From: Bacteroidota bacterium
GTDB lineage: Bacteria > Bacteroidota > Bacteroidia > Bacteroidales > VadinHA17
Assembly: GCA_030596025.1 (NCBI GenBank)
Contig: JAUVKW010000003.1
Span: 1-43,597 of the forward strand
Direction: 5' to 3'
DNA: 43,597 nucleotides
Below, piece after piece: positions 18,066-28,900 of the stretch (the stretch's first letter is position 1; the number at the start of each line of letters is the position of its first letter). The translations under genes were made by a program, and so were the position numbers. Under the pieces are notes generated by a model, which was not told where the DNA came from, ran no database searches, and was given only the letters and a program-made list of their open reading frames with translations.

Positions 18066-20942
18066 ATGGCTTTTGATTTATTTGTTGATAGACATATTGG
18101 TCCAAGGGAAGAGGAAGTGCAGAAAATGTTAGAAAAATGTGGGGTGTCCTCAATGAAGGATTTGATTGATAAAACCATTCCGCAAACCATAAGATTGCCC
18201 GAACCTCTTTCACTTGATGATGGAATTAGTGAGTATGAATATCTTGGGAAGATCAGGGAACTTGCCTCCAGAAATAAGCTTTATAAAACTTATATCGGAC
18301 AGGGTTATTACAATACTATATTGCCTTCTGTTATATTAAGAAATATCCTGGAAAATCCATCCTGGTACACCTCCTACACTCCTTACCAGGCTGAAGTTTC
18401 ACAGGGTCGCCTGGAAGCATTACTGAATTTTCAGACCATGGTAGTTGATCTTACGGGGATGGAAGTAACCAATGCCTCTCTCCTTGATGAAGCAACGGCT
18501 GCTGCCGAGGCTATGCTAATGGCATACCGGTCAAGATCACGTGATGCAGTAAAGGCTGAAGCTAAAAGGTTTTTTATTGACAAAAATGTTTTTCCCCAAA
18601 CTATTGAAGTGATACAGTCAAGGGCAGAGCCCCTGGGAGTTGAGCTGGTGATTTCCTCTTATAAAGACTTTGCTTTCGATGAAAAAATATTTGGGGCTTT
18701 AGTCCAGTTTCCAAATTGTGATGGGAACGTGGAGGACTACAAGGAATTTGCAGGCAGTGCCAGGGAAAATGGTTCTATGATGGTGGTTGCAGCTGATCTG
18801 CTTAGCCTCGCTATTTTAGTGCCTCCGGGAGAATGGGGTGCAGATGTAGTTGTGGGATCTACTCAAAGGTTTGGAATCCCCATGGGATTTGGAGGGCCTC
18901 ATGCAGCATATTTTGCAACATATGAGAAATATAAGAGGAATATTCCGGGAAGGATTATCGGGGTATCTGTGGATGCTCAGGGAAATCGTGCATTAAGAAT
19001 GGCGCTCCAAACCAGAGAGCAACATATTAAAAGAGAGCGGGCATCTTCTAACATTTGTACTGCACAGGCCTTGCTGGCCACTATGGCAGGGATGTATGCT
19101 GCATATCATGGCCCTGAAGGATTAAAAAGAATTGCCACCCATATTCATGAGAAGACTGTGGAACTGGAAGAGAACCTGGTAAAATTGGGTTATCAACAAA
19201 TAAATGCTAACCTGTTTGATACATTGAAAATTGTTTTGCCGGAAGAACTTTCAATCAAACAGTTGCAGGAGATTGCCCTTGAAAATAAAGTGAATCTGAA
19301 TTACATTGACGAGAAAACAGTGGGACTGAGCCTGGATGAAACCTGCTCACAAGCTGATGTGGATTTGCTAACCAGAATTTTTGCCACATTAGCAGCAAAG
19401 GATAATTTTAAACTTGATGCCCCTTCAGCAAAATATCGTTTTGAAAGTAAATTTTTGAGGGACACAAATTTTATGACTGGAGATGTATTTCACGCATACA
19501 GGTCTGAGACGGAGCTGATGAGGTATATAAAAATGCTTGAGAGAAAAGATATTTCTCTTACCGATTCAATGATATCGTTGGGCTCTTGTACCATGAAACT
19601 TAATGCGGCAGTTGAAATGCTCCCTCTTAGTTGGCCGGAGTTTGGTAATCTTCATCCTTTTGTTCCTGCAGATCAGGCAGCCGGATATCATCAATTGCTT
19701 GATGAACTGGAAGAGGACCTGAAAGTTATTACTGGATTTGATGCGGTTTCGTTTCAGCCTAATTCAGGAGCTGCTGGTGAATATGCCGGACTTTCTGTTA
19801 TTAGCGCGTGGCACCAGAGTAAGGGCCAGGCACATAGGAATATTGTTTTGATCCCTGCATCTGCTCATGGAACCAACCCGGCAAGTGCTGTTATGGCAGG
19901 TATGGATGTTGTAGTTGTAAATTGTGATGAGAATGGAAACACTGATGTTGAAAACCTCCGGTCTCTGGCAGAGCAGCATAAAGATAATCTTGCTGCCTTT
20001 ATGGTTACTTACCCTTCAACTCATGGGGTTTTTGAAGAGGAGATACGGGAAATGGTTGACATCATACACAGCAATGGCGGACAAATTTATATGGATGGTG
20101 CTAATATGAATGCTCAGATAGGATTTACAAATCCAGCATATATTGGGGCTGATGTTTGTCATTTAAACCTTCACAAAACTTTTGCTATTCCCCATGGAGG
20201 GGGTGGGCCGGGAATGGGCCCCATTGCAGTGGCCGGTCATCTTGCTGAGTTTCTGCCTGGTCATTCACAAGTTAAAACAGGCGGGGAAAAGTGTATAAAT
20301 GCCTTGTCTGCAGCACCATGGGGAAGTGCCAGCATACTCCCAATTTCTCATGCATATATTAAAATGCTGGGTGGGAAGGGCCTTACAAGAGCTACAGCCA
20401 TGGCAATATTAAATGCAAATTACCTTTCCAGATCTTTGGATAAGTATTTCGATATTCTCTATACCGGGAAGAACGGCTTTGTTGGGCACGAAATGATTAT
20501 GGACTGCAGAAAATTTAAAGCTGATAGTGGAATTACCGAATTGGATATTGCCAAAAGACTTATGGATTACGGCTTTCATGCACCAACTCTTTCATTTCCG
20601 GTTCACGGTACACTTATGGTGGAACCTACGGAAAGTGAATCCTTGCAGGAACTTGACAGGTTTGTGGAAGCCATGGAAAACATTTACCTGGAGATTCTCG
20701 ATATCTCTGAAAAACGGACCGACCCCCATGACAATGTTCTTAAAAATGCTCCTCATACAGATAAGGTAATAGCTTCTGATGACTGGGCTCATGCCTACTC
20801 AAGAGAAATGGCAGCTTTTCCATTAAGTTGGGTTCGAAACAATAAATTCTGGCCCCCGGTTGCAAGAGTTGATGATGCCTTTGGTGATAGAAACCTGGTT
20901 TGTACCTGCGAACCTATTGAATCATACAGAAAGGAAGAATGA
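18066..20942 (+). CDS. gcvP: Glycine dehydrogenase (decarboxylating), glycine cleavage P protein
   Basis: YTPYQAEVSQGRLE, SNICTAQALLA, LGSCTMKLN, HLNLHKTF. Confidence 0.98.
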   Translation: MAFDLFVDRHIGPREEEVQKMLEKCGVSSMKDLIDKTIPQTIRLPEPLSLDDGISEYEYLGKIRELASRNKLYKTYIGQGYYNTILPSVILRNILENPSWYTSYTPYQAEVSQGRLEALLNFQTMVVDLTGMEVTNASLLDEATAAAEAMLMAYRSRSRDAVKAEAKRFFIDKNVFPQTIEVIQSRAEPLGVELVISSYKDFAFDEKIFGALVQFPNCDGNVEDYKEFAGSARENGSMMVVAADLLSLAILVPPGEWGADVVVGSTQRFGIPMGFGGPHAAYFATYEKYKRNIPGRIIGVSVDAQGNRALRMALQTREQHIKRERASSNICTAQALLATMAGMYAAYHGPEGLKRIATHIHEKTVELEENLVKLGYQQINANLFDTLKIVLPEELSIKQLQEIALENKVNLNYIDEKTVGLSLDETCSQADVDLLTRIFATLAAKDNFKLDAPSAKYRFESKFLRDTNFMTGDVFHAYRSETELMRYIKMLERKDISLTDSMISLGSCTMKLNAAVEMLPLSWPEFGNLHPFVPADQAAGYHQLLDELEEDLKVITGFDAVSFQPNSGAAGEYAGLSVISAWHQSKGQAHRNIVLIPASAHGTNPASAVMAGMDVVVVNCDENGNTDVENLRSLAEQHKDNLAAFMVTYPSTHGVFEEEIREMVDIIHSNGGQIYMDGANMNAQIGFTNPAYIGADVCHLNLHKTFAIPHGGGGPGMGPIAVAGHLAEFLPGHSQVKTGGEKCINALSAAPWGSASILPISHAYIKMLGGKGLTRATAMAILNANYLSRSLDKYFDILYTGKNGFVGHEMIMDCRKFKADSGITELDIAKRLMDYGFHAPTLSFPVHGTLMVEPTESESLQELDRFVEAMENIYLEILDISEKRTDPHDNVLKNAPHTDKVIASDDWAHAYSREMAAFPLSWVRNNKFWPPVARVDDAFGDRNLVCTCEPIESYRKEE

Positions 20943-20947
20943 AGATT

Positions 20948-21153
20948 TCTCGCAGATAGCGCAGATTTGCGTAGAATAATTTAAAGATAGATTTTAACAG
21001 CTTTACAAAAAAAATCTGCGATTGTTTGTGAAATCAGCGTGAAATAGTCTCTCGCAGATGCCGCAGATTTGCGCAGAATAATTTGAAGAAAGATTTTAAC
21101 AGCTTTACAAAAAAAATCTGCGATTGTCTGCGAAATCAGCGTGAAATAGTCTC
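20948..21153. repeat. Two tandem 102-bp units built from inverted CGCAGAT/ATCTGCG modules
   Basis: CGCAGAT at 20951 and 21053; CTTTACAAAA at 21001 and 21103. The units are near-identical. Confidence 0.93.
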
Positions 21154-21174
21154 ATTCAGATAAAATTTTGAGTT

Positions 21175-21558
21175 TTGGAAAAATTAGAGAATAAAATATC
21201 TTATGATATAAGAGGTGCTATTTTTCTGGTTTACAATGAACTTGGTCCGGGTTTGTTGGAATCCGTATACGAAGCGGCATTAGCATTTGAATTATCTGCA
21301 ATGGGACATAAAGTTAAAACACAAGTTCCCCTGCCTGTAAAATATAAAGACGTTAAACTTGAACTTGGATTCAGACTGGATATTCTTGTTGACGACCTGG
21401 TGATTATTGAAATAAAATCGGTTGAAGAATTGGTACCAGTCCACTATAAACAATTACTGACCTATTTAAAGTTAACAGATAAAAAGCTTGGGTTATTGAT
21501 TAATTTCAATACTGATGAAATATCTGGCTCTATTAAACGGATAGTTAATGGCTTGTAG
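21175..21558 (+). CDS. GxxExxY protein (PD-(D/E)XK-like fold)
   Basis: ELGPGLLESVYE, RLDILVDDLVIIEIKSVE, QLLTYLK, GLLINF. Confidence 0.93.
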   Translation: MEKLENKISYDIRGAIFLVYNELGPGLLESVYEAALAFELSAMGHKVKTQVPLPVKYKDVKLELGFRLDILVDDLVIIEIKSVEELVPVHYKQLLTYLKLTDKKLGLLINFNTDEISGSIKRIVNGL

Positions 21559-21576
21559 AAATTTCTTACAAAATAG

Positions 21577-21649
21577 CAAAAAAAATCTGCGATTGTCTGC
21601 GAAATCAGCGTGAAATAGTCTCTCGCAGATAGCGCAGATTTACGCAGAA
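21577..21649. repeat. Third copy of the repeat junction, downstream of GxxExxY
   Basis: CAAAAAAAATCTGCGATTGTCTGCGAAATCAGCGTGAAATAGTCTCTCGCAGATAGCGCAGATTTACGCAGAA. Confidence 0.93.
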
Positions 21650-21662
21650 AAGAATAAATACG

Positions 21663-22658
21663 CTATTCAGCTTTTCTGCCAACCCTGAATATCGCATCCT
21701 GTATACTGAGATCTAGAATATCATACAGATCACGTCCATACGCCCTTACCTGTTTGGGGATAATGCTGTTTTGACTCATGCCTGGAACAGTGTTTATTTC
21801 AAGGAAATAAGGTGTGTTTCGCGAGATGATATAATCAATGCGAACAATACCATGGCATCCCAGCTTATCATATATTTTTGAGGAAAGCTTCATGCTCTGC
21901 TGTACCAGGTTATTTGATATTCCGGCAGGTGTGATTTCTTCAGCCTGGCCATCGGTGTATTTTGCCTCAAAATCAAAAAATTCATTTTTACTTACAATCT
22001 CGGTTAAGGGGAAAATGTGATTCTCCCCTGAAGCTTTAATAAGACCACATGAAATTTCAGTGCCATTTACAAATTCTTCAATAATTACCTCATCATCTTC
22101 AGTGAAAGCCTTAAGAATAGCAGCTTGCAAGCCATCTTCATGTGGCACCTTAGAAATACCAAAACTAGACCCACTATTATTTGGCTTAACAAAATATGGG
22201 GGTTTTATTTTTTTCTTGATTTCTTTCAGGTCAATTTGTTCATCTTTACGAACCATCATGCTCTTAGCAACAGGGATTCCAAACTCTTTCAGGAAGGTCT
22301 TACAGGCAAACTTGCTAAAACTCAAGGCTGAACAGAAAGCCCCACAACTTGTGTAAGGAATTCCAATAAGGTCAAAATAAGATTGGAGCTTGCCATCTTC
22401 CCCGGGTATTCCATGGATAGCAATCAAAATACAGTCAAAATAAATTTGTTGCCCCTCGTGAATGAAAGAGAAGTCGTTCTTATCTATATCTATTTTATTT
22501 TGATTTACCTGAGCTTTCCATTTATTACCCCTTATCTGAACAATGTATGCTTCATACTTGCCGGTATCCAATACCTTTAATAGTTCATCCGCACTTTGAA
22601 TGGATATCTCATATTCTGAAGAATCTCCGCCGGCAACAACAGCTATCTTTTGTCTCAT
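21663..22658 (-). CDS. ddl: D-alanine--D-alanine ligase
   Basis: GGDSSEYEIS, HGIPGEDG, VKPNNSGSSFG, FDFEAKY, EINTVPG. Confidence 0.95.
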   Translation of the reverse strand: MRQKIAVVAGGDSSEYEISIQSADELLKVLDTGKYEAYIVQIRGNKWKAQVNQNKIDIDKNDFSFIHEGQQIYFDCILIAIHGIPGEDGKLQSYFDLIGIPYTSCGAFCSALSFSKFACKTFLKEFGIPVAKSMMVRKDEQIDLKEIKKKIKPPYFVKPNNSGSSFGISKVPHEDGLQAAILKAFTEDDEVIIEEFVNGTEISCGLIKASGENHIFPLTEIVSKNEFFDFEAKYTDGQAEEITPAGISNNLVQQSMKLSSKIYDKLGCHGIVRIDYIISRNTPYFLEINTVPGMSQNSIIPKQVRAYGRDLYDILDLSIQDAIFRVGRKAE

Positions 22659-22707
22659 AGAATTCAGTGAATTAATTATTAAGAATTCAGATCAAAAATA
22701 ATCTATT

Positions 22708-23814
22708 TTATTCTTTATTTTTATAATATTCATTTAGTATTTCCTGTGCAGCTGAAAAGGGACTGGTTTCCATATTCAGGACTTTTCTCTCCAATAATGA
22801 CAGTTTTTTTTGGATCGGTCCATTTTTATAGAACTGGTACTTCAACTTTTCCTCAATTGTCTGATACATCCAGTATTTTGATTGAGAATTTCGGGTTTTT
22901 TCGAACCAACCATTTGCACGGGTCAGAGCAACAAATTCCAGAATTGTAATCCATATTTCATTTAGCCCCTTTTTTGTATATGCAGAGCAGGATGAGACTT
23001 TAGGAACCCATCCTGTTTCACCAGGAGGGAAAAAATGTAAGGCATTTCTAAAGTCTGCCATAGCCCTTTCGGCCTTTTTTAAATTATCTCCATCTGCTTT
23101 TGTGATGGCTATAAGATCAGCCATTTCCATAATTCCACGTTTGATTCCCTGCAGCTCATCTCCAGATCCGGGAAGCATCAACAAAAGGAAAAAGTCCACC
23201 ATAGAATGCACTGCAACTTCTGATTGTCCTACACCAACTGTTTCAATGAATAAAATATCGAAACCTGCAGCTTCACATAGAATGATAGTTTCTCTTGTTT
23301 TTCTTGCTACGCCTCCCAATGAACCGGTAGAGGGGGATGGTCGGATAAATGCATTTGGATCAGATGCAAGGGTTTCCATTCTGGTTTTATCTCCCATTAT
23401 ACTGCCTCCCGACCTGACGCTGCTGGGATCAATTGCCAGAACAGCCAGTTTTTTCCCTGAGGAGGTTATGACTCCTCCAAGTTCTTCTATAAAAGTGCTC
23501 TTTCCAACTCCGGGTACGCCTGTGATTCCTACCCTGATCGAATTTCCGCTTTTTGGCAAACAAAGTCCAATTATATCCTGTGCCAGTTGGTTATGATCTT
23601 CCCTGGAACTTTCAATGATGGTAATTGCCTGACTGCGAATTACCGGATCATGATTGAAAATTCCTTTTGCATACTCAGTGGCAGAAAGAACTTGCTTTCT
23701 TTTTTTTCTGCTTAAATCAAATGCCTGTTTATTTACCGGGTCAGCATGGGGAACCCCTGCACTAACACTCAGTGCACTTACTTTACTCCTTTTCCCCTTT
23801 CTGCCTGTTTCCAT
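22708..23814 (-). CDS. meaB: Methylmalonyl-CoA mutase-associated GTPase
   Basis: GVPGVGKST, DPSS..SGGSIMGDKTRM, ETVGVGQSE, GDELQGIKRG. Confidence 0.95.
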   Translation of the reverse strand: METGRKGKRSKVSALSVSAGVPHADPVNKQAFDLSRKKRKQVLSATEYAKGIFNHDPVIRSQAITIIESSREDHNQLAQDIIGLCLPKSGNSIRVGITGVPGVGKSTFIEELGGVITSSGKKLAVLAIDPSSVRSGGSIMGDKTRMETLASDPNAFIRPSPSTGSLGGVARKTRETIILCEAAGFDILFIETVGVGQSEVAVHSMVDFFLLLMLPGSGDELQGIKRGIMEMADLIAITKADGDNLKKAERAMADFRNALHFFPPGETGWVPKVSSCSAYTKKGLNEIWITILEFVALTRANGWFEKTRNSQSKYWMYQTIEEKLKYQFYKNGPIQKKLSLLERKVLNMETSPFSAAQEILNEYYKNKE

Positions 23815-23948
23815 GGTGTTACGAAGTTAATTTTAAAAATATCATTAACAAAACTCACCAAACAAAGAGCTATGGGTACTATTTTCAAGTTAGTATTTGT
23901 TGCCTTTTACTGAGTGTAGATTTGTCAGGATCATGCATAATATTATTC

Positions 23949-23970
23949 ATATTTACTACGTAGTAAATAT
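23949..23970. promoter_or_regulatory. Perfect 22-bp palindrome, possible operator
   Basis: ATATTTACTACGTAGTAAATAT. Confidence 0.45.
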
Positions 23971-23982
23971 TTGTGTCATGCC

Positions 23983-24036
23983 CTGTAGATCGACTCTTTC
24001 TGCCCGGCCTGGTATTTCTCTGAAGGGTGAGTCGAT
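23983..24036. repeat. REP-like hairpin, copy B of the dispersed 52-bp family
   Basis: GTAG-ATCGACTC...GAGTCGAT; inverted homologue of 5895-5946. Confidence 0.7.
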
Positions 24037-24042
24037 TGTGTT

Positions 24043-24387
24043 TTAAAATTGGAAATTAGTTTTTAGAATTTCCTCTACCTGGTTTTTTGACTGGATGCTG
24101 CTTGTGGCCTGAACAATTTTTCCGTTTTTATAATATATAGTGAAAGGCAGTCCCATAAATCCCATACATTCAGGAAGCTGACGGATAATTGAGGAGACAG
24201 GGATATCAAAATCCATGTCGTAAAAGGCCACATGAGGATACTCTTTTTCGAGCTCAAGCATGGATGAATATACGGGGATACACATAGGTCCCATACGCCC
24301 ACAACATATCATAGAATTCTCAGTTTCATTTAATGCCTTTTTGTATTCTTCGTCGGTTTCTATGTGTTTTAGGTTTGTATGTAACAT
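24043..24387 (-). CDS. Atypical thioredoxin-fold protein
   Basis: CCGRMGPMCIP at the active-site position; cis-Pro segment GLPFTIYYKNGK. Confidence 0.7.
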   Translation of the reverse strand: MLHTNLKHIETDEEYKKALNETENSMICCGRMGPMCIPVYSSMLELEKEYPHVAFYDMDFDIPVSSIIRQLPECMGFMGLPFTIYYKNGKIVQATSSIQSKNQVEEILKTNFQF

Positions 24388-24484
24388 TAATAGCAGATCA
24401 ATTAATAGTTAAAATTGAAAATCGAAGTGCAAAAATAGGAAATATTGTTTTCAAATGACACCCCTTTATATAATTTGATAGAAA

Positions 24485-24516
24485 AAAAACGAGTCCGGAA
24501 TTATGAACTCGTTTTT
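24485..24516 (-). terminator. Intrinsic terminator
   Basis: AAAAACGAGT...ACTCGTTTTT. Confidence 0.6.
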
Positions 24517-24541
24517 ATTTAATTTTATTAAATACTAAATA

Positions 24542-25642
24542 CTAATTAGCCTTCGGAGCTTCTACATCACCGGTAACCCTGAGTACCACTGTTGAGAATT
24601 TAGGGTCATTTGTGATAACAGTGATGGATTTGTTCTGGCGGCCAACCCGTGTGCCGGAGCTGAATATAGCCTTTATAGAACTGCTCTGACCGGCTTTAAT
24701 AACTTTTTCTTTTGGAGAAACCGCAGTACAACCGCAGCTCGATTTTATTTTTCTGATCACAAGGTCAGATTTTCCGGAATTCTTGAATACAAAATCATGT
24801 TCAACGGATGTTCTTTGCTGCATCTTTCCAAAGTTAAAAACCTTTTCTTCAAATTCAATCTTTGGTGAAGCTGCCAGTTCCGTTTTAGATAAGCTGCCAA
24901 AGTCTTCAGTAATGGTGGCTGAAATTGTAAGGAGGTTTTTTCTGTCCCTGGTATCATTATAAACAATCATTACCCGGTTAACAACAAAACCCCAGTCATT
25001 TACCATATTTGCATCATAGCTACCATGTATGGTTCCCTTTTGATTTGGCTTAAGAGTCTGTGGAGAGGCAGTTAGCTGGAGATGCTTTGGTACCATATCA
25101 AATGTTATTGTCTGGTTTTTATCAGTTGTATTTACCACCAGTACAGAAACAGATTTTTTCTGGTCTTTAAATACCTTAACAAAGGCCATGTGATTGGTGT
25201 TAAAACGCAAATCTCCAATGACAAAAGGATAATCATCTTCAATAGTTCTTGGTTTTGGAATCACATTCCCGGAAACTCTTAAGCTCACCACATTTCTGTT
25301 GGCATTGGTGTAAACGGTAGCCGATTTGTTAAATTTATTAGGGCGGTTTTTAGGATTGTATGCAATCTTAACATAACCTTTTCCTCCCGGAGGAACGGGC
25401 TCTTTTGTCCAGCTTGGGGTTGTACATCCGCAAGATGCTGTAACCCTGTTAATGATAAGGGGCTGGCTTCCTGTGTTTGTGAAAACAAAATCATAGCTTA
25501 CTACTCCTGCTTCTTCTTTGATATTTCCAAAATCATGTGTTTGACCCTCAAAAGATATGCTTGCCATTTTTTGTTGTGCACTCAGATGAAAACCAGTTGA
25601 GAGGATGAGGGTCAGTATTAGGCTGCTGATAAAATGCTTCAT
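24542..25642 (-). CDS. Secreted protein with two DUF1573 Ig-like domains
   Basis: Signal peptide; two copies of F.N.G...L.I....SCGCT. Confidence 0.88.
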   Translation of the reverse strand: MKHFISSLILTLILSTGFHLSAQQKMASISFEGQTHDFGNIKEEAGVVSYDFVFTNTGSQPLIINRVTASCGCTTPSWTKEPVPPGGKGYVKIAYNPKNRPNKFNKSATVYTNANRNVVSLRVSGNVIPKPRTIEDDYPFVIGDLRFNTNHMAFVKVFKDQKKSVSVLVVNTTDKNQTITFDMVPKHLQLTASPQTLKPNQKGTIHGSYDANMVNDWGFVVNRVMIVYNDTRDRKNLLTISATITEDFGSLSKTELAASPKIEFEEKVFNFGKMQQRTSVEHDFVFKNSGKSDLVIRKIKSSCGCTAVSPKEKVIKAGQSSSIKAIFSSGTRVGRQNKSITVITNDPKFSTVVLRVTGDVEAPKAN

Positions 25643-25949
25643 AGTTTAATTAATAATTTATTCTTATTTCCTGTACATACAACATATAACGTACCAAAGT
25701 TAATAAAGTTTAAATTTGTAAGTATTATTTTATGTGGATAAATTAATTTTTCAAAGCTCGCATAAACCCCATAGGACTCAGTAAAATTATACTATTAATA
25801 AGCTATATCAATGACTGTTTGTAAATTTTGCATAAAAAAAATTAAATTCGTTTAATATAGTTTTATGTTTTTGCTTTATATTTAATAATTTCGGTGTAAT
25901 TCTTGCGGGATGTTCATTTGATTTTCGGTTTAGAATTCTGATTGTACCT

Positions 25950-28900
25950 ATGAGATTTGAATTAAGGAAATATTTCTTACTTGCCTTGCTTCTGCTTGTT
26001 TCTTTTTATTCAAGTGGACAGTTTTACAATGGTTCTCAGATGACTTTCGGAAAGAATCGGGTTCAACATAATGAGTTTTTCTGGTCCTTCTACCGATTCG
26101 AAAGGTTTGATGCTTATTTTAATGAATATGGTAGAGAACTTGCCGATTATACAGGGCGTTATGCAAATACAAAGCTGGTTGAACTGGAAGATTTCCTGGA
26201 TTACCAGCTTGACAGACGACTAATTTTACTTATCTATAATAAAATGTCTGATTACAGGCAGAGTAATATGGGTCTTATTACCGGGAAAGATGATTATAAT
26301 CTGGGAGGTATTTCTACCATTATTGAAAATAAAGTTTTTCTTTATTATGAAGGGGACCACAGAAGCTATGATAAGCAGATTACCAAAGCAATTTCTTATG
26401 CATTGATAAATGAAATGATTTTCGGCTCCGACAAAACAAGGACTAAAAACTCTTCGAAGATGGAGCTTCCGGATTGGTATTTTAAGGGATTGATTTCTTT
26501 CCTGTCAGTAAACTGGGATTTTGATATTGAGAATGAGGTAAAAGATGGAGTTCTCACAGACAGGTACAATAAGTTAAACCGCTTAAAAATCGAAGATGCT
26601 GAAATTGCAGGCCATTCCTTCTGGAAGTTTATTTCCGACACCTATGGAGTAAATATTATTCCCAATGTTCTGTACATCACAAAGATAAATGAAGACTTTG
26701 AAAAAGGTTTATACTATGTTCTTGGCCTTACTTTAAAAGAATTAAATAAGGAATGGCTTATATATTACAAAGAGAAATTTTTGGAAGAGGATGCAAAAGG
26801 GGATTTTCCACAGGGCACAAAAATCTTGAAAAAGCCTAAGAAAAGTCGTGTTTATCAGCAAATTCGAATTAGTCCGGATGGCCGAAATATTGCCTATGTA
26901 ACTAATGAACTCGGACAATACAAGGTTTGGATTTATGACCTGGAGACAAACAAGAGCAAAAGAATTTATAGGAAAGAACCCAAGGTTGAGCAAATAATTG
27001 ATTATTCATATCCGGTGATTACCTGGCACCCAACAGGTAAAATGTTGACAATGGTTACTGAGGAAAAGGGAGGATTGGATATTCTTTTTTACAGGACTTC
27101 TACCAGGAAAATTGAACGTAAAAACCTTTTGTATTTTGATAAGGTTTTAGATATCTCCTATTCCCCAAATGGCAGTAAGCTGATTTTTTCAGCAATGAAG
27201 AATGGTCTTACTGATTTGTTTCTATTTGATGTGGCTGCTGGTACGCACGAGCAACTCACCTTTGACCTTGCTGATGATCTGCATCCCAGGTATACCACAG
27301 ATGGAGATCAAATAGTTTTCAGCTCCAACAGGTTGAATGATACCCTGACTTTCAGCAGGAATTATGATAAGAGAATTGGAACCAGTTATGAATTATTTTT
27401 ATACAAACTAAAAAACCGGTCTCCTGTTTTAACTCGTTTGCCGGAAGGAAAATACATTGATAAAACCCAGGCTTACTCATTTGATGACAATGAGTTTTTG
27501 TACCTGGGAGACCAATCTGGAATTATCAACAGGTATCATTCTCGCTTTGATAGCTCCATTAGCTATATTGATACAAGTATCCACTACAGGTATTTTACCA
27601 ACTCAGTTCCACTTACAAATTATTCAAGGAATATTATTGAAGCTGATTTTGCCAATGTACCAGGAATGATGGGAGAGGTGGTATATGAAAAGGGCAGGTA
27701 TTATATGTATTATGATTATTTATTAAAGGGAGAGCTTCCGGAATTTGCAAACCCTGAAACTACAGAATTCAGAGATAAGCATACAAAGGATCTACATAAA
27801 GCAGACAGCATAGAAATTCTCAGACAGAAGCTGATTGAGGAGGACCGCCGAATTAGGGATACACTAACAAAACCACTCTATGCTTATTTTGAAATTGATA
27901 AGGAAGTAGATATCAATAATTATGTATTTGAAGAGGAGAAGGAAAACTATTACTGGCAGCTACTGAAAAAAGATAATATTGAAGTAGACCTCGATGCTGA
28001 CGTCCTGGACTTGCCCCCCATCCGAATTTATGAAACATCCTTTTATAACAATTATATGGCATCTCAGGTAGATTTTGGTTTTATGGGACAATCCTATCAG
28101 GCTTTTAATGGCAGTGGAGTATACAATAATACCGGGATAGGGATGCTTTTTAATATTGGTACCAATGACTTGTTCGAGGATTATAAAATTGTAGGTGGGT
28201 TCAGATTTTCCGGGGACTTTGATTCCGGGGAGTTTTTATTAAGTTTTGAAGATCTGAAAAAGAGAACGGACAAGCAGATTATATTTCACCGGCAATCCTA
28301 TAAAGCCTGGGCAGACAATTCAACTTATGTAAAAATAAAATCTAACCAGCTCTTTTATAGTTTGAGATATCCTTTTAACCAGGTAATGGCTGTAAAGGGA
28401 ACTGCAAGCATAAGAAGTGACAGACAAATTTACCTGTCAACTAATACAGACAATTTATATAAGGAAAACCTACATGTTACCTGGGCTAATTTGAAACTTG
28501 AATACATATATGATAATACCAGGTACCGTGGAATTAATTTTTATAATGGTACGAGATTTAAGATCTTTATTGAAGCTTACCGACAGATTGAAAGGAAGAA
28601 GTCAGATGTTTTTATTATTGGAGGTGATTTCAGACACTATCTTAAAATCCACAGGGATTTGATTTGGGCAAACCGTTTTGCTACCAGTACTTCTTTTGGG
28701 CATAACAAGTTGGTTTATTATATGGGTGCCATTGATAACTGGTTTATGATATTTGATTATGAGAAGATGTTTAACAGAAGTATTCCTGTTGATCAAACTC
28801 AAAATTATGTTTTTCAAACATTGGCTACTAATATGCGGGGGTTTAAGCAAAATATACGGAATGGTAATTCTTTTGCACTAATAAATTCCGAGATCAGATG

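Noticed and set aside
20948-21649. CRISPR array
   Set aside because: The spacers are near-identical, the period is 102 bp, the repeats are built of inverted 9-10-mers, and there are no cas genes.
21663-22658. Vancomycin-resistance ligase
   Set aside because: FDFEAKY retains the Tyr typical of D-Ala-D-Ala ligases, and no van genes are nearby.
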